Shown: piece by piece, positions 50,142-62,312 of the stretch | Position numbering within the stretch: position 1 is the first letter of the stretch | How the letters are laid out: each line of letters starts with the position of its first letter | DNA from: Squalus acanthias | Lineage: Eukaryota | Length of the DNA stretch: 64,000 bases | NCBI GenBank assembly: GCA_030390025.1 | Contig: CM059432.1 | Location: 95,048,001 to 95,112,000 of the forward strand | Direction: 5' to 3' | Position numbers and translations under genes: made by a program | Notes under the pieces: model-generated | The model's input: only the letters and a program-made list of their open reading frames with translations | Database searches by the model: none | Told to the model about the DNA's origin: nothing

Positions 50142-50391
50142 TAGGGCAGCTAACTCTGGTGGAGGTATTCCTGGAGGGTTCATCACATGATCTCCCACCT
50201 CCATCCTCCCCGCCCAGTCAAACAGCCTTCCACCTCCCCCCCATCTCCAATATTTTTATAACTAATAAACAAAAGTCTGCAAAGAAACCACATTTTTTAA
50301 TGTACCAATTATTTTTCTCCAAGATTCCTCCAGGAGATTAATCTTTAATTCCTGGAGATTCCTGGAAAATTTTGGAGAGTTAGCAACCCTA
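50142..50391. mobile_element. hAT (Blackjack-like) MITE
   Basis: TAGGGCAGCTAACTCT / AGAGTTAGCAACCCTA; same family as 51945-52215. Confidence 0.75.
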
Positions 50392-51369
50392 CAACAGAGG
50401 GATGCTGAGTTTTCCTTTGGTCAGGGTTAGTGCTTGATGTAGGGAGACTCCAATACAGGAAGCTGAGGAGCAAAAACAGAACAGAATATAACTTGAATAA
50501 AATAAGAGAAACCTTCATATTTCCATTATCTATTATTTTTTCCCACCATATCTTTTGGCTCATGACTTTTCAAACTCACAGTAGCAAATAACATTATTTG
50601 CTCTGTCCTGTATATGATCAGAAACAGTAGCAAACATTAATTAATAAGTAGATATATTTTATTCCAAGAAGTGCATTTTCCTGGCTACTTTGCCTTTCCA
50701 TTTTCAGGAATGGACATGTTATGGGACTGGGACAGTTAGCATTTCAATATACTTTTCCTAAGGTGCCACACCATCACCTTATATTTTATATACATTAACT
50801 ATATGTGAACCACATGCATATACTTCGCCTATAATTTTATGCACAAATTTTGAGAAGCAGGCTCCTGCTATCTGTTAGAAGTGGCAGCAAGTTAAAACAC
50901 ATTTATACCAGCACTTGGAATGACTCGGGTAAAGTTCAATTCAGGTATCACAGAGATAATTAACAGATCTTGCCCTGTTTACACTGCAGACTCACCAGGG
51001 TACCTTGGATTGTTGATAACAGTGTGGTGATGGACAGACACCAGCAGGATGACATCAAGCACAGTTGACGTCACCTTGTTAGCATTCTATGTCGCCAAGT
51101 AATGGCAACGCCTTTCGGGACAGACTCTAGAAATTGTTTACACTTCTGTGTCTCTGAAGTCACACTGGCCTGAAAGCTTCTGCTGAAGTAATAGATTACT
51201 CTGTAAGTAGGGCACCAGACTAACTGCCTAATGCCGATTTCACTCGGGCACTGGAATTCACACCAGATCCACACATCATATTTTAAAACAGGGCTTAGGA
51301 TTCTTCTGCATGCAGTAATCAGGCAATATTATCTCAAATAAATGAAAATGAAGAAATTTAACTATTATA

Positions 51370-51782
51370 GAAGGAAATACTGGAATTTATATAGCTTATT
51401 AGCGCATTGTTGAGACATCTCAAAGGATTTCATATAGTAAATTACTTTTGAAGTGTAGTGATTGATCGTTATGTAGACAAATGCAGCAGTCATGCTGGAC
51501 CAACAATATTTTTTTAAAAATCAATGAGATGAATGACAATTTACTCAGTTATTTTTTGATGCTTTTGCTTGAAGCAGAAATGTTGGCTAGGACACCAGGA
51601 CAACTCCTTGGTCTTCAAGTAGTACCATGGAATCTTTAACATCTGCCTGAATAAGCAAATAGAATCTCTGTTTAAGGCTAGATTTTTTTGTCCATTGGCT
51701 ATGAATGGGTAGCTTTGCCTCATTGAAAGGACAGCACCTCCAGCTAAGCAGCGCTTCCTCAGTACTGCGCTTGAGTGTCAGT
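51370..51782 (-). mobile_element. Deu-domain SINE, head missing
   Basis: Collinear similarity to 855-1615. Confidence 0.65.
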
Positions 51783-51944
51783 AACTGTTTTGATTTAACT
51801 ACTTATATAAAGCATGGTGCTGAAAGCATGCCACATTAACTCTTGAGACTGGTAACAATTCCAGGGAATTTTGAGCAGCTTGGGTTGGGCTTTTTAAAAG
51901 TCATTTAGCTCCCTGTGAACTGCAATAATAATGTGACTGAGATG

Positions 51945-52215
51945 TAGCATTGCCAACTCTGGTTGGACATATTCCTGGAGGATTCATCACGCGCCCTCCT
52001 GCCTCCAAACATACCGCCCAGTCAATCAAAGTTTTTCCCCCATTTGCAATATTTTTCTAACTAATAAATGAAAGCGTTCAAAGAAAATTAAAAAAGCACA
52101 CAATATTTTTTAATGCCCCGATCAGTTTTCTCTTGGTTTGCTGGCAGCAGTTGCCAGGAGATTAATCTTTAATTCCTGGAGATTTCAGGACAGATCTGGA
52201 GAGTTAGCAACCCTA
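51945..52215. mobile_element. hAT (Blackjack-like) MITE
   Basis: Imperfect TIRs; perfect 8-bp TSD CTGAGATG (51937-51944, 52216-52223). Confidence 0.85.
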
Positions 52216-52260
52216 CTGAGATGTCAAAAGTAGCCGTATTCTTGTAAAATAAAGGTAATC

Positions 52261-52367
52261 TAGGGTGACCATATTTTCTAAACCGAATCTGGGGACACAC
52301 AGTGTGGGAGCACAGCAAAGTAGCCAGGACAGAAAATGTAGGTTGGGCACCGTAGCGAGGCAAAAAC

Positions 52368-52398
<31 letters not shown>

Positions 52399-53169
52399 AA
52401 TACAATACAAATGTGCATATAATAACCGCAGGTGTGATGTCACTATTGAAGGGCATTCAGGTACTGTTTATAAATAATACACTAACACAGTTCAGGAACA
52501 TCAGTGCTTTGTACCCACTGTCGACACTGCTGCAGGGCACCTGTCTTTTTCTCTCCTCTACGCTCGAGGGTCGCCGACTGTTTTTTTCAAAAATAAATAC
52601 GTCATATATTAATGGAATCATTGGGCGTAACTGTCGACCAATCGGCTTCCGAATTGTGACAATTTCGAATTGTGGCGGGTGGGTGGGGGTGAGGAAGGAG
52701 ATGACGAAATCGGAAGCCCGCTGACCAATCGGCTCGTGACCGCCTGTGATTCAAACTGGTATATCCTGCAGCGAAGGAAGAGGGGGGGAAATAAAAGTGA
52801 GGTTTTGGTTGTCGAGCGAGGCTGGGTCGGGAGAACAGCCAAACTCGCTGGCAGCTAACGTGGACGCTAACCAATAGACCAGCCCCTTACATCGCCGAGC
52901 CCACCTCAGGGCTGGCCTCCCGACCAGTCGGTGCTCACGGAGGACGCGATTGACAGGGGGCACCCGGGAAGGAAACGTGTAATGAAATTAGGGTGAACAG
53001 TACAGTGTATGTGTGTTGTACGTCACATTCCAACATGAGAAATTAAAAGTTAGGGTATTTGGGGACGAGTTTTGTGAACCGGGGACTCTACTGGGGACAT
53101 TGTTTGCCCAGGGACACAGTACCTCGTAAGGGGACTGTCCCCGGAAAATGGGGACGTATGGTCACCCTA
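52261..53169. mobile_element. Non-autonomous hAT (Blackjack-like) element, copy 2
   Basis: TIR TAGGGTGACCATA; perfect 8-bp TSD AGGTAATC (52253-52260, 53170-53177). Confidence 0.92.
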
Positions 53170-53283
53170 AGGTAATCACAATCAAATATATACTTTAAAA
53201 ACAAACATAAACATAAATATCAATAAAACATTTTAAAGACTTTACTTCTTTGCTTGTCTTTCTTTTTTCTCCTGTTCTCCCTT

Positions 53284-55130
53284 CAACAACAACTTGCATT
53301 TATATAGCACCTTTAACATAAATGTCCCAAGGCGCTTCACAGGAGCATTATCAAACAAAATTTGAGAGACAGTCTCCCCATACATCAGCGTTATCAGACA
53401 AAAATTGACACCGAGCCAAAGAATGAGATATTAGGAGAGGTGACTAACAGCTTGGTCAACGAGGTTAGTTTTAAGTAGGATCTTAAAGAAAGAGATAGAG
53501 GTGGCGAGGTGGAGAGATTTAGGGAGGAAATTCCAGGCCTAGACATCTGACGGTATGACTGCCTATGGTGGGTCGAAGGGAATGGGGGATGTATAAGAGG
53601 CCAGAGTTGGAGGAATGCAGAGTTCTTGGAGAGTTGTATGGCTGGAGGAGGTTACAGAGATAGGGAGGGATGAGGCCATGAAGGATTTGAATATGATGAC
53701 AATTATAAATTGGAGGCGTTGGGAAATCGGGAGCCAATATAGGTCAACGAGCACAGGGGTGATGGGTGAGCAAGACCTGGTGCAGGATAGGATACAGATA
53801 GCAAAGTTTTGGATGAATTTGAGGTTGCAGGATGAGAGGCTGGCCAGGAGAGCATTGGAATAGTCAAGTCTGGAGGTGACAAAGGCATGGATGAGGGTTT
53901 CAGCAGCAGGCAATAGAGGAGAGGCATTGGAGGAGGATGGTATGGTCGACTATGTCAAAGGCTATAGATAGGTCTAAAGGGACAAGAAGGGATAGTGCAC
54001 CACAGTCACAGTCGCTGAGGATATAATTTGTGACTTTGATTAGGGCCGTTTCAGTGCTGTGGAACCCTGATTGGAGGGATTCAATCACGGAGATTCAGAA
54101 AAGATGGGCACAGATTTGGGAGGCAAAGCTCAAGGACTTTAGAGAGGAAAGGGAGGTTGGAGATTGGGGGCTGGATTTTACCAGCCCTGAGGAGGTGGGT
54201 TTGGAGGTGGGACTGCTGGGAAAGTCAAAAAGAATGGGAGCGGTTCCCGAACCCGCTCCCAACCCTCCTCCAACCAATTTTCCCGGGAGTCGGGTCCCCG
54301 ATTTGCACAGGGACCCGACTCCTAGCGGTGGGAAGAGGATTATAGCCACTTAACTGCCTGTTAACAGGTAGTTAACAGGCAATTAAGAGGCTTTTTCCAA
54401 TTTTTAGACTTCGGCTGCGGGCTTCCCAACGTCAGGGAACCCCGCCAGGGTAAGTGAGGCATGCTGTGGGTCTGTTGTACTGTTGGTGTACAGATGACAG
54501 CTGCGTGGTGTGAAGGATGCAATGGGACACTGGTGAGTATCAGAGGTAAGGAAATGTTGGGAAAGTCATTTTTAATGTGTTTTGATTTTTCTGTAGGTGA
54601 CAAGCTTTGAAGTGTTTGTGTGGCCTCACCTCAATGGGAGAAGTGACAGATTGCTTCTGTACCCTCACCTGTAGCTGCCATCTGTTTCATCCTAAGGAGA
54701 GAGTCAATGGAGAGTCTAGGTGCAAGGGCTCACCTTTGTACAGTGATTGTCAGTGTTTGACATCACCTCAATGCTGTCAAAAACTGTCAAATCATCTGTC
54801 AAAAACAGATAGTTCATGTGCCTTTAAGAAAACCGGCAGATGAAGTGTCATCAACTGATATCATCTGACACCGGCTTTCCCTTAATTGGCCAGCAAGCCC
54901 GCAGGGCGGACATAACAAGGCCAATCAGGGGAAATAGCGTCTGTGCGTCGGACGTCGCTGGGGGCGGGACTAGAACCCAGAAGGCAGCAGTCCCGCCCCC
55001 AACTCGTCTCGGTGAGTAAAATCCAGCCCTGGGTGTTTGTTTGCAAAGAGAGTAGGGTTGAGGGTGGGTTTTTTGAAAGGGGGTGTGATGGCAGTAGATT
55101 TGAAAGGGAGGGGGACAGTATCTCAGGTGT
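53284..55130 (-). mobile_element. L2 LINE fragment (RT plus 3' end) split by a MITE
   Basis: [48 protein letters not shown]2 3' end with (TTG)n tail. Confidence 0.85.
54168..55029 (+). mobile_element. Harbinger MITE
   Basis: TIR GGGCTGGATTTTAC / GTAAAATCCAGCCC; TSD TGG. Confidence 0.85.
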
Positions 55131-55889
55131 AGTTGGAGAATCGTTGCCCTCCTGAGCTTGAGTATCACTTTTCAAATGCTTTCCCAAAATAACAGCATAT
55201 ATGTCTAACTATATATACCTTAATATATAACTATAATTTTCAAATTTTCAAAAATCTGGTTTGATGGCTGCCCTAAGAGAGAATATTGAAATTCAATAAC
55301 ACAGAATGCACCATGTAATGTTTTGATGCTAAAGTTAGATCAGAGTCATCAGTTCATGCACAGGAAGGTCTCACTCTAACTTATTTAAAACTTTAATGTA
55401 AAAAATATTTTTTTTATAGCACACGTTTATGTAACACTATTATATTGCTATTTATAATTAAATAGTAAAGCTTATGACAATTTGGAAAGCAAATAAATAG
55501 AATTGTTTGGAACATAGTAATTTTTCTGCAGTGTAGGCTGAGGAGCTAGGGGTAGCATAACTGAGGTGATACTTTTTATTTCAGAATTCCAGCATCCTCA
55601 GTATTCTATTTTTTATTACTACAGCACCACCGCTGGTGGGAGGGTGTAATTACAACATGACAAATTTACATCAACAGTTTTCAGTATAAATGTGAACATA
55701 GGAATTTATAACGGCTAAAGTTCACACAAGAGTGTGACAAAAACATGACTACAGCAAGTAAGGTTTTGTAGACAAGAAGTACACATAGATATAAAACTTT
55801 TAATATATTATTGATTTTTATTGATAGAGTATGCTGTTTCTATGCAAAAAATTAAAGAGGAATTGCTAAATAAAACAGGCTACGTTGTT

Positions 55890-58857
55890 ACATAGATACA
55901 TAGATACATAGAAGATAGGAGCAGGAGTAGGCCATCCGGCCCTTCGAGCCTGCTCCGCCATTTAATGAGATCATGGCTGATCCTTCAATTCAGTATCCCG
56001 TCCCCGCCTTCTCTCCGTAACCCTTAACCCCTTTTGCCTGTAGAAATATATCTAATTCCCTCTTAAATATATTTAATGAGCTGGCGTACACTGCCCTCTG
56101 TGGCAATGAGTTCCACAGGTTCACCACTCTCTGAGTGAAGAAATTCCCCCTCATTTCTGTCCTAAATGGTTTAGCCCTTATCCTTAAATTATGTCCTCTA
56201 GTTCTGTTCTCACCCGCCAAGGGAAACATTCCTTCTGCATCTAATCTGTCTAGACCTGTCAGAATTTTATACACTTCTATGAGGTCCCCTCTCAATCTTC
56301 TAAACTCCAGTGTGTACATCCCTAAACTACATAGTCTCTCCTCATAGGTCAATCCCGCCATTCCTGGTATCAGCCTGGTGAATCGCCGCTGCACCCCCTC
56401 CATGGCAAGAACATCTTTCCTCAGATGAGGCGACCAAAACTGTACACAGTACTCGAGGTGTGGTCTCACCAGTGCCCTGTACAGCTGCAGCAAGGTATCC
56501 CTGTTCCTGTATTCCAACCCTTTTGCTATGAAGGCCAGCATACCGTTTGCCTTCTTGACCGCCTGTTGCACCTGCATGCTCGCCTTCAGTGACTGGTGTA
56601 CAAGAACACCCAGGTCTCTCTGTACTTCCCCCTCTCCCAATTTATTGCCATTTAAATAATAATTTGCCCTCCCGTTCCTGCACCCAAGGTGGATAACTTC
56701 GCACTTGTCCACATTATAGTGCATCTGCCATTTATCCGCCCAATCACCCAGTCTGTCCAAATCGCTCTGGAGCTTCCTGGTCTCCTCCTCTGAGCCCACC
56801 CCCCCTCCTAGTTTAGTGTCGTCTGCAAATTTGGAAATGCTGCATTCGACTCCCTGATCCAGGTCATTAATATAAATTGTGAACAGCTGGGGACCCAGGA
56901 CAGATCCCTGTGGTACCCCACTTGTTACTGCCTGCCATTCAGAAAATGAGCCGTTTATTCCAACTCTCTGTTTTCTATCTGACAGCCAGTTCTCTATCCA
57001 CGTCAATACTTTCCCCTTTATCCCATGAGCTTCAATTTTCCATGCTAATCTTTTATGTGGGACCTTATCGAAGGCCTTTTGGAAGTCCAGGTACACCACA
57101 TCTACTGGATCTCCCCCATCTATTTTACCAGTTACTCCCTCAAAAAATTCCAATAGATTAGTCAAGCACGATTTACCCTTTGTAAATCCATGTTGACTCT
57201 GTCCTATCCTGTCCCCATTTGCTAAGTGCTCGGCTATTTCATCCTTAATGATGGACTCCAGCATTTTGCCCACAACTGATGTAAGGCTTACAGGTCTGTA
57301 ATTACCTGCTTTTTCCCTACCCCCCTTTTTGAATAGTGGGGTAACGTTAGCTACCCTCCAATCCATGGGCACTGTTCCCGAGTCTAATGAATTCTGAAAA
57401 ATCATGCTTAGTGCATCCGCTATCTCTAGGGCCACCTCCTTCAGTACCCTAGGATGCATGTTATCAGGCCCTGGGGATTTGTCCGCCTTCAATCCCTTTA
57501 GCTTCCTTAACACCATATCCTTAGAGATATTGATTTGCGTCAGTTCCTCCTTTGCCAATGTCCCTATTTTTCCCGATATCCCAGGGAGGTTTTTTGTGTC
57601 TTCCTTCGTAAAGACTGACCCAAAGTATGCATTTAGTTGGTCTGCCATTTCCTTATTTCCCATTATATATTCCCCCGTATCTGACTGCAATGGACCAACT
57701 TTGGTTTTCACCAGTCTTTTCCTCTTGATATACTTATAAAAGCTTTTGGAGTTAGTTTTTATATTTTCCGCCAGCTTGCTTTCGTAAGCTATTTTGCCCT
57801 TCTTGATTAAGCCCTTTGCCCTCCTTTGCTCTATCTTAAACTGTTCCCAATCTTCCGCTCTGGCGCGTTTTTTGGCTATTTTATACGCCCTATCTTTGGA
57901 TTTTATGCTGTCTCTAATTTCCCCTGTTATCCACGGTTGAGTCACCTTTTTAGATTTCCTTTTATGCCAGATTGGTATAAACAATTTTTGTAATTTTGTC
58001 ATTCTATCTTTAAATGCTTGCCATTGTTTATCTACCTCCAGTCCTCCCAGGAACGTTGTCCAATCAGACCTACTCAGTTCCCGTCTAATGGCATCATAAT
58101 TCCCCTTGTTTAAATTCAGGACCTGAGTCTCTGAGTCAATTTCTTCGCTCTCCATTTCGAGTGAGAAATCGATCATGTTATGATCGCTCTGACCCAAGGG
58201 TCCCCGTACAACAAGATTACTAATTAGTCCCTTCTCATTGCACAGTACCCAGTCCAATATAGCCTGTTCCCGAGTTGGTTCCTCGACATATTGATCCAGA
58301 TAACCATCCCTTAAACACTCAAGGAATTCCTCCTCCTCATTATTTTTACTGATTAGGCTAGTCCAATCTATATGTAAGTTAAAGTCACCTATGATGACAG
58401 CTGTGCTCTTATTGCACGCTTCTCTAATTTCCCTCGTGATGCCCTCCCCAACCTCTATTTTACTATTTGGAGGCCTATATACCACTCCTATTAATGTTTT
58501 TCGCCCCTCGCTATTTCTTAGCTCCACCCATATAGATTCTGTATTAACTGAGTTAATATCCTTCCTTTCAATTGCATTTATCCCCTCTTTTACCAGCAAT
58601 GCTACCCCTCCTCCCTTTCTTTTTTGTCGATCCTTCCTAAATACTGAATACCCCTGTATGTTAAGCTCCCAGCCCTGCTCACCCTGCAACCATGTTTCCG
58701 TAATCCCAATTAGATCATAATTATTAACCTCTATTTCCACAGCTAATTCATCTACCTTGTTCCTGATGCTTCTCGCATTAAGGTATAAAACCCTCAGGCT
58801 TTTTTTATGCTCACATTTTTTATGAATTAGTTTGGCCCTTTGTTTTTTGTCAGTTGT
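55890..58857 (-). mobile_element. CR1 LINE, 5'-truncated just upstream of ORF2
   Basis: (CATAGATA)n tail, 3' UTR, uninterrupted ORF2; no ORF1. Confidence 0.95.
55990..58857 (-). CDS. CR1 ORF2 (APE endonuclease + reverse transcriptase), open frame without an N-terminal ATG
   Basis: The 916-aa track ORF extends upstream through LYLNARS to a TGA at 58858-58860; TETWL, GDFN, SDH, PQGS and FADD are all intact. Confidence 0.85.
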   Translation of the reverse strand, partial: TTDKKQRAKLIHKKCEHKKSLRVLYLNARSIRNKVDELAVEIEVNNYDLIGITETWLQGEQGWELNIQGYSVFRKDRQKRKGGGVALLVKEGINAIERKDINSVNTESIWVELRNSEGRKTLIGVVYRPPNSKIEVGEGITREIREACNKSTAVIIGDFNLHIDWTSLISKNNEEEEFLECLRDGYLDQYVEEPTREQAILDWVLCNEKGLISNLVVRGPLGQSDHNMIDFSLEMESEEIDSETQVLNLNKGNYDAIRRELSRSDWTTFLGGLEVDKQWQAFKDRMTKLQKLFIPIWHKRKSKKVTQPWITGEIRDSIKSKDRAYKIAKKRARAEDWEQFKIEQRRAKGLIKKGKIAYESKLAENIKTNSKSFYKYIKRKRLVKTKVGPLQSDTGEYIMGNKEMADQLNAYFGSVFTKEDTKNLPGISGKIGTLAKEELTQINISKDMVLRKLKGLKADKSPGPDNMHPRVLKEVALEIADALSMIFQNSLDSGTVPMDWRVANVTPLFKKGGREKAGNYRPVSLTSVVGKMLESIIKDEIAEHLANGDRIGQSQHGFTKGKSCLTNLLEFFEGVTGKIDGGDPVDVVYLDFQKAFDKVPHKRLAWKIEAHGIKGKVLTWIENWLSDRKQRVGINGSFSEWQAVTSGVPQGSVLGPQLFTIYINDLDQGVECSISKFADDTKLGGGVGSEEETRKLQSDLDRLGDWADKWQMHYNVDKCEVIHLGCRNGRANYYLNGNKLGEGEVQRDLGVLVHQSLKASMQVQQAVKKANGMLAFIAKGLEYRNRDTLLQLYRALVRPHLEYCVQFWSPHLRKDVLAMEGVQRRFTRLIPGMAGLTYEERLCSLGMYTLEFRRLRGDLIEVYKILTGLDRLDAEGMFPLAGENRTRGHNLRIRAKPFRTEMRGNFFTQRVVNLWNSLPQRAVYASSLNIFKRELDIFLQAKGVKGYGEKAGTGY

Positions 58858-59549
58858 TCATTGAATTCATGTTGTTTCACATATGGGAATAATACGAGCT
58901 GTTGGTAGTGCACATTGTAAACTCATCTTGTCTGGGAAAGATGCAATTTTCTTCTCTTCTGTCTCTTCCATTATTTTGAAGGAGAAACTGCTCAGGGCTA
59001 TGTTACATCTTAGAAACATTACGGGGCATTTTTCACCTTCATCGCTTGGGCGGTAAACTGGCAGAAATGGAAATGAATGAAATGGAAATTAGGCAGGTTC
59101 TATAATGCGCTATTTTACCACAAAGTGCTGATGGTGATAATTACCCCCATAGGTTAATTCATAGCATATTACCAGAGATCAGCATAGCGCCTCTGTAGAT
59201 AGCTGGTGTAATCAGCTGGTCAAGGAACAATGGAGCCCTTGCCATAGGGAGGAAAAGTGGATTTCCCCCCTCCCCCCATCCTGGTAATGGAATGTAACGA
59301 AACGTAATGTAGATTTCAGTGAGTTGAAGTTTCACACTGGCATAAAGCTGGTGGGAGGAAATGCAATTTTATTGATTTCAGAAGATTCGATTTTAATTTG
59401 AACAGTGCCCACTCACTGCTCCTTAACTGTTCTCTCGCTACATGAAAATTACTTGGGATCCTATTTTTTGGGCTGTTAGTTATAAAGGCAATTCAAGCAT
59501 TTTTTCCCAATGGTAACCACATTCATTAGCTGCTGAGTGATTTACACTA

Positions 59550-59785
59550 ACACAAAAGCAAAATACTGCAGAGGCTGGAAATCTGAAATAAAAACAGAAA
59601 ATGCTGGAGATACTCAGCAGGTCAGGCAGCATCTGTGGAGAGAGAAACAGAGTTAACGTTTCAGGTCGATGACCCTTCGTCGGAACTGTTGAAAGGTCAT
59701 CGACCTAAACCGTTAACTTTGTTTCTCTCTCCACAGATGCTGCCTGACCTGCTGAGTATTTCCAGCATTTTCTGTTTTTATTATA
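59550..59785. mobile_element. Palindromic Penelope pseudo-LTR mini-element
   Basis: Tailed arm on the left; 16-bp TSD TGAGTGATTTACACTA (59534-59549, 59786-59801); both hammerhead cores mutated. Confidence 0.88.
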
Positions 59786-60150
59786 TGAGTGATTTACACT
59801 ATCTATTTCAATTAATTACATCTTAACTTACCAGAGATGGTATGTCAAGCCATCCAGGCAAATTTTAGCTGAAACTTAAAAAGTGGAAATGAGCCACTTG
59901 ATCTATACAAGTGAGCGTGATCCACAGCAATGGTAAAGCAGTAAAAGGCAGCAGGTCACTGGATACCAATAAGGAGTGGAAACCCCCGTAGAGCTTTCTC
60001 TCTCTAGCCCAAGAGTGTTAAGGCCAATTGTACTGTCCCCATTGCTGCATTGGCTGATATTAGAGAGCTCAGCATGGACTTGGAATTGAAGCTGGGACAC
60101 TCCTGCTCTTTATGGTGCATATATCAACTGAACCATTGGAGAAACATATA

Positions 60151-60974
60151 GGGCTGGATTTTGTCAGCCCCGAGGAGGCGGGTATGGAGGCGGGACTGCC
60201 GGTAAAGTTGCAGGATTTGGGGGCGGCTGACAAACCCGCCCCCAACCCGCCTCCGTGCCCTCTTGCCAGGAGGCGGGAAGCCGTCCTGCCCCAGGTCCCG
60301 TCTCCTCGAGGCGGGAAAGGGATTAAAACCTATTAACTGCCTGTTAACAGGTACTTAACAGGCAGAAAATAGGATTATCCCTATTTTTAGCTCCGAAGTG
60401 CAGGCTTCCCAACCTCGGAGAACCCCACCAGGGTGTAAGAGACGAGAAGGAGGTCTGCGGGGGTCGGAGGGGTCTGAAAGTGCGATGTAGAGGTGAGTGA
60501 TGGGTGCAAGTGTGGAGTGGTAAGTATGTAACGTGAGTGTTAAGTGTTATAAAATGTTCACTTATCTTTGTTTCTGCCTACAGCCTTCAGCCGCTGTGGA
60601 TCCGGAGTCCTGACATCTTCATTTCACAGACTGGCTGTTGGATCCTCCGAACCAACAGCCAGGTGATTTCTACAAAGTTGAAAGGTTTGATGAGTCCTAA
60701 ACACAAGGACTCATCAAACTACACAGAATGTCAGTGTTTGACAGCTTCACAGAGCTGTCAAATGCTGACGTTTCTTCTTTCAAGAAATCTTGACAGATGG
60801 CACATCAGACATTGATGTGCTTTGTCAGTGACTTGCCCCTAATTGGCCTGCTGAGCCCGCTGGGTCAATCAGGGGAAAATCCCGCTGGTTGGCCAGAAGC
60901 TGATGGAGGTGGGATTGAAAGCCAGCAAGCAGCAGTCCCGCCTCCAAAAGCTTCCCATTGACAGAATCCAGCCC
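60151..60974 (+). mobile_element. Harbinger MITE
   Basis: TIR GGGCTGGATTTTGTC / GACAGAATCCAGCCC; flanks ATA/CTA. Confidence 0.85.
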
Positions 60975-61139
60975 CTATTATCTGCTATGCAAAATTATTG
61001 CAACTTCAAACTTTTGCTGGTTCTCCATTGAGAGTAATGCATTTACAGAGTTGGACCTCTTGAGCACTTTGTAAACCTACCTTAATTTTAATATGAACTC
61101 TTTGTAAACTAGATTTGAAAATGCACTGAATGAACTCAG

Positions 61140-61598
61140 GATCATAGAAATTTACAGAACAGAAGGAGGCCATTCGGCCCATCATATCTGTGCCAGTCGA
61201 AAAAGAGCTATCCAGCCTAATCCCACTTTCCAGTTCTTGGTCCGTAGCCTTGCAGGTTACAACACTTCAAGTGCATATCCAAGTACTTTTTAAATGTGAT
61301 GAGGGTTTCTGCCTCTACCACCATTTCAGGCAGTGAGTTCTAGACCGCCACCACCCTCTGGGTGAAAAAAATTCTCCTCAACTCCCCTCTAATCCTTCTA
61401 CCAATTACTTTAAATCTATGCCCCCTGGTTATTGACCTCTCTGCTAAGGGAAATAGGTGCTTCCTATCCACTCTGTCTAGGCCCCTCACAATTTTTTACA
61501 CCTCAATTAGGTATCCCCTCAGCCTCCTCTGTTTCAAAGAAAACAACCTCCGCCTATCCAATCTTTCCTCATAGCTAAAATTCTCCAGCCCAGGCAAC
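61140..61598 (-). mobile_element. CR1 3' fragment
   Basis: ORF2 C-terminus and 3' UTR homologous to 3690-4140. Confidence 0.85.
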
Positions 61599-62312
61599 TC
61601 ACCATGCGCTGCCAAGCTGAGGCAGTCTCATTCTGCTACACTTCAGATTTAGATCAGACTTTGAATTTACACTGGAAGCAGAACATGCTTCACACTGATG
61701 CTAAGCTAATAAATATACCCTTAGATAATGTAGTTGAATTGAAAACAAAATGATTCGTAGTCATTTCATCAAATTTTATATTACAATTTTTGTTAGGCTT
61801 AGGTAAAACCATAAATATTATTGGACTGGCGTTAATACATCTGATCCAGATATGGCTTGTAGTTCTGGAATTGTGTGTCTTAACTTGAAATAGGCAGTGT
61901 TAATTTAACTAATTGGATTTGCCCCTCCCAATAATTGTCCGAATTGGCATTTTTTGTATAGTTAATTACAAGCTTGAATATATCTCATTTAAAAATATTT
62001 GTGAAAATTCAAAAGATATAAGTGACCTCATTGGGCACCAGAAGTGATACTTGATTTTGACAATCAGACTGCCTTCTCTTTCTAGCTATGACACTAGTTT
62101 TATAATACTGAGATGGGCATTTGTAAATAGTGCTAATGCCACAAATGCTATTTGCCCAAGGGTAAATAGTGTTTGTACCGTTGAAATCCAAGGGAAGATT
62201 AAGGCATGTTATTTTCTAATTTATCGTATAATGCATTTAAGTTCTGATAATGATCAGTCCCTCACTTTAAGTAAATAAATAACTGCAGTTAATACAGTTT
62301 AATCAACAAGGC

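Noticed and set aside
50950..51280. Possible host exon
   Set aside because: No consistent splice-site pair with an open, recognisable reading frame.
35264..53169. Inversion or composite transposon bounded by the two inverted hAT copies
   Set aside because: Copy 2 keeps its own perfect TSD on both sides, and the outer flanks do not match.
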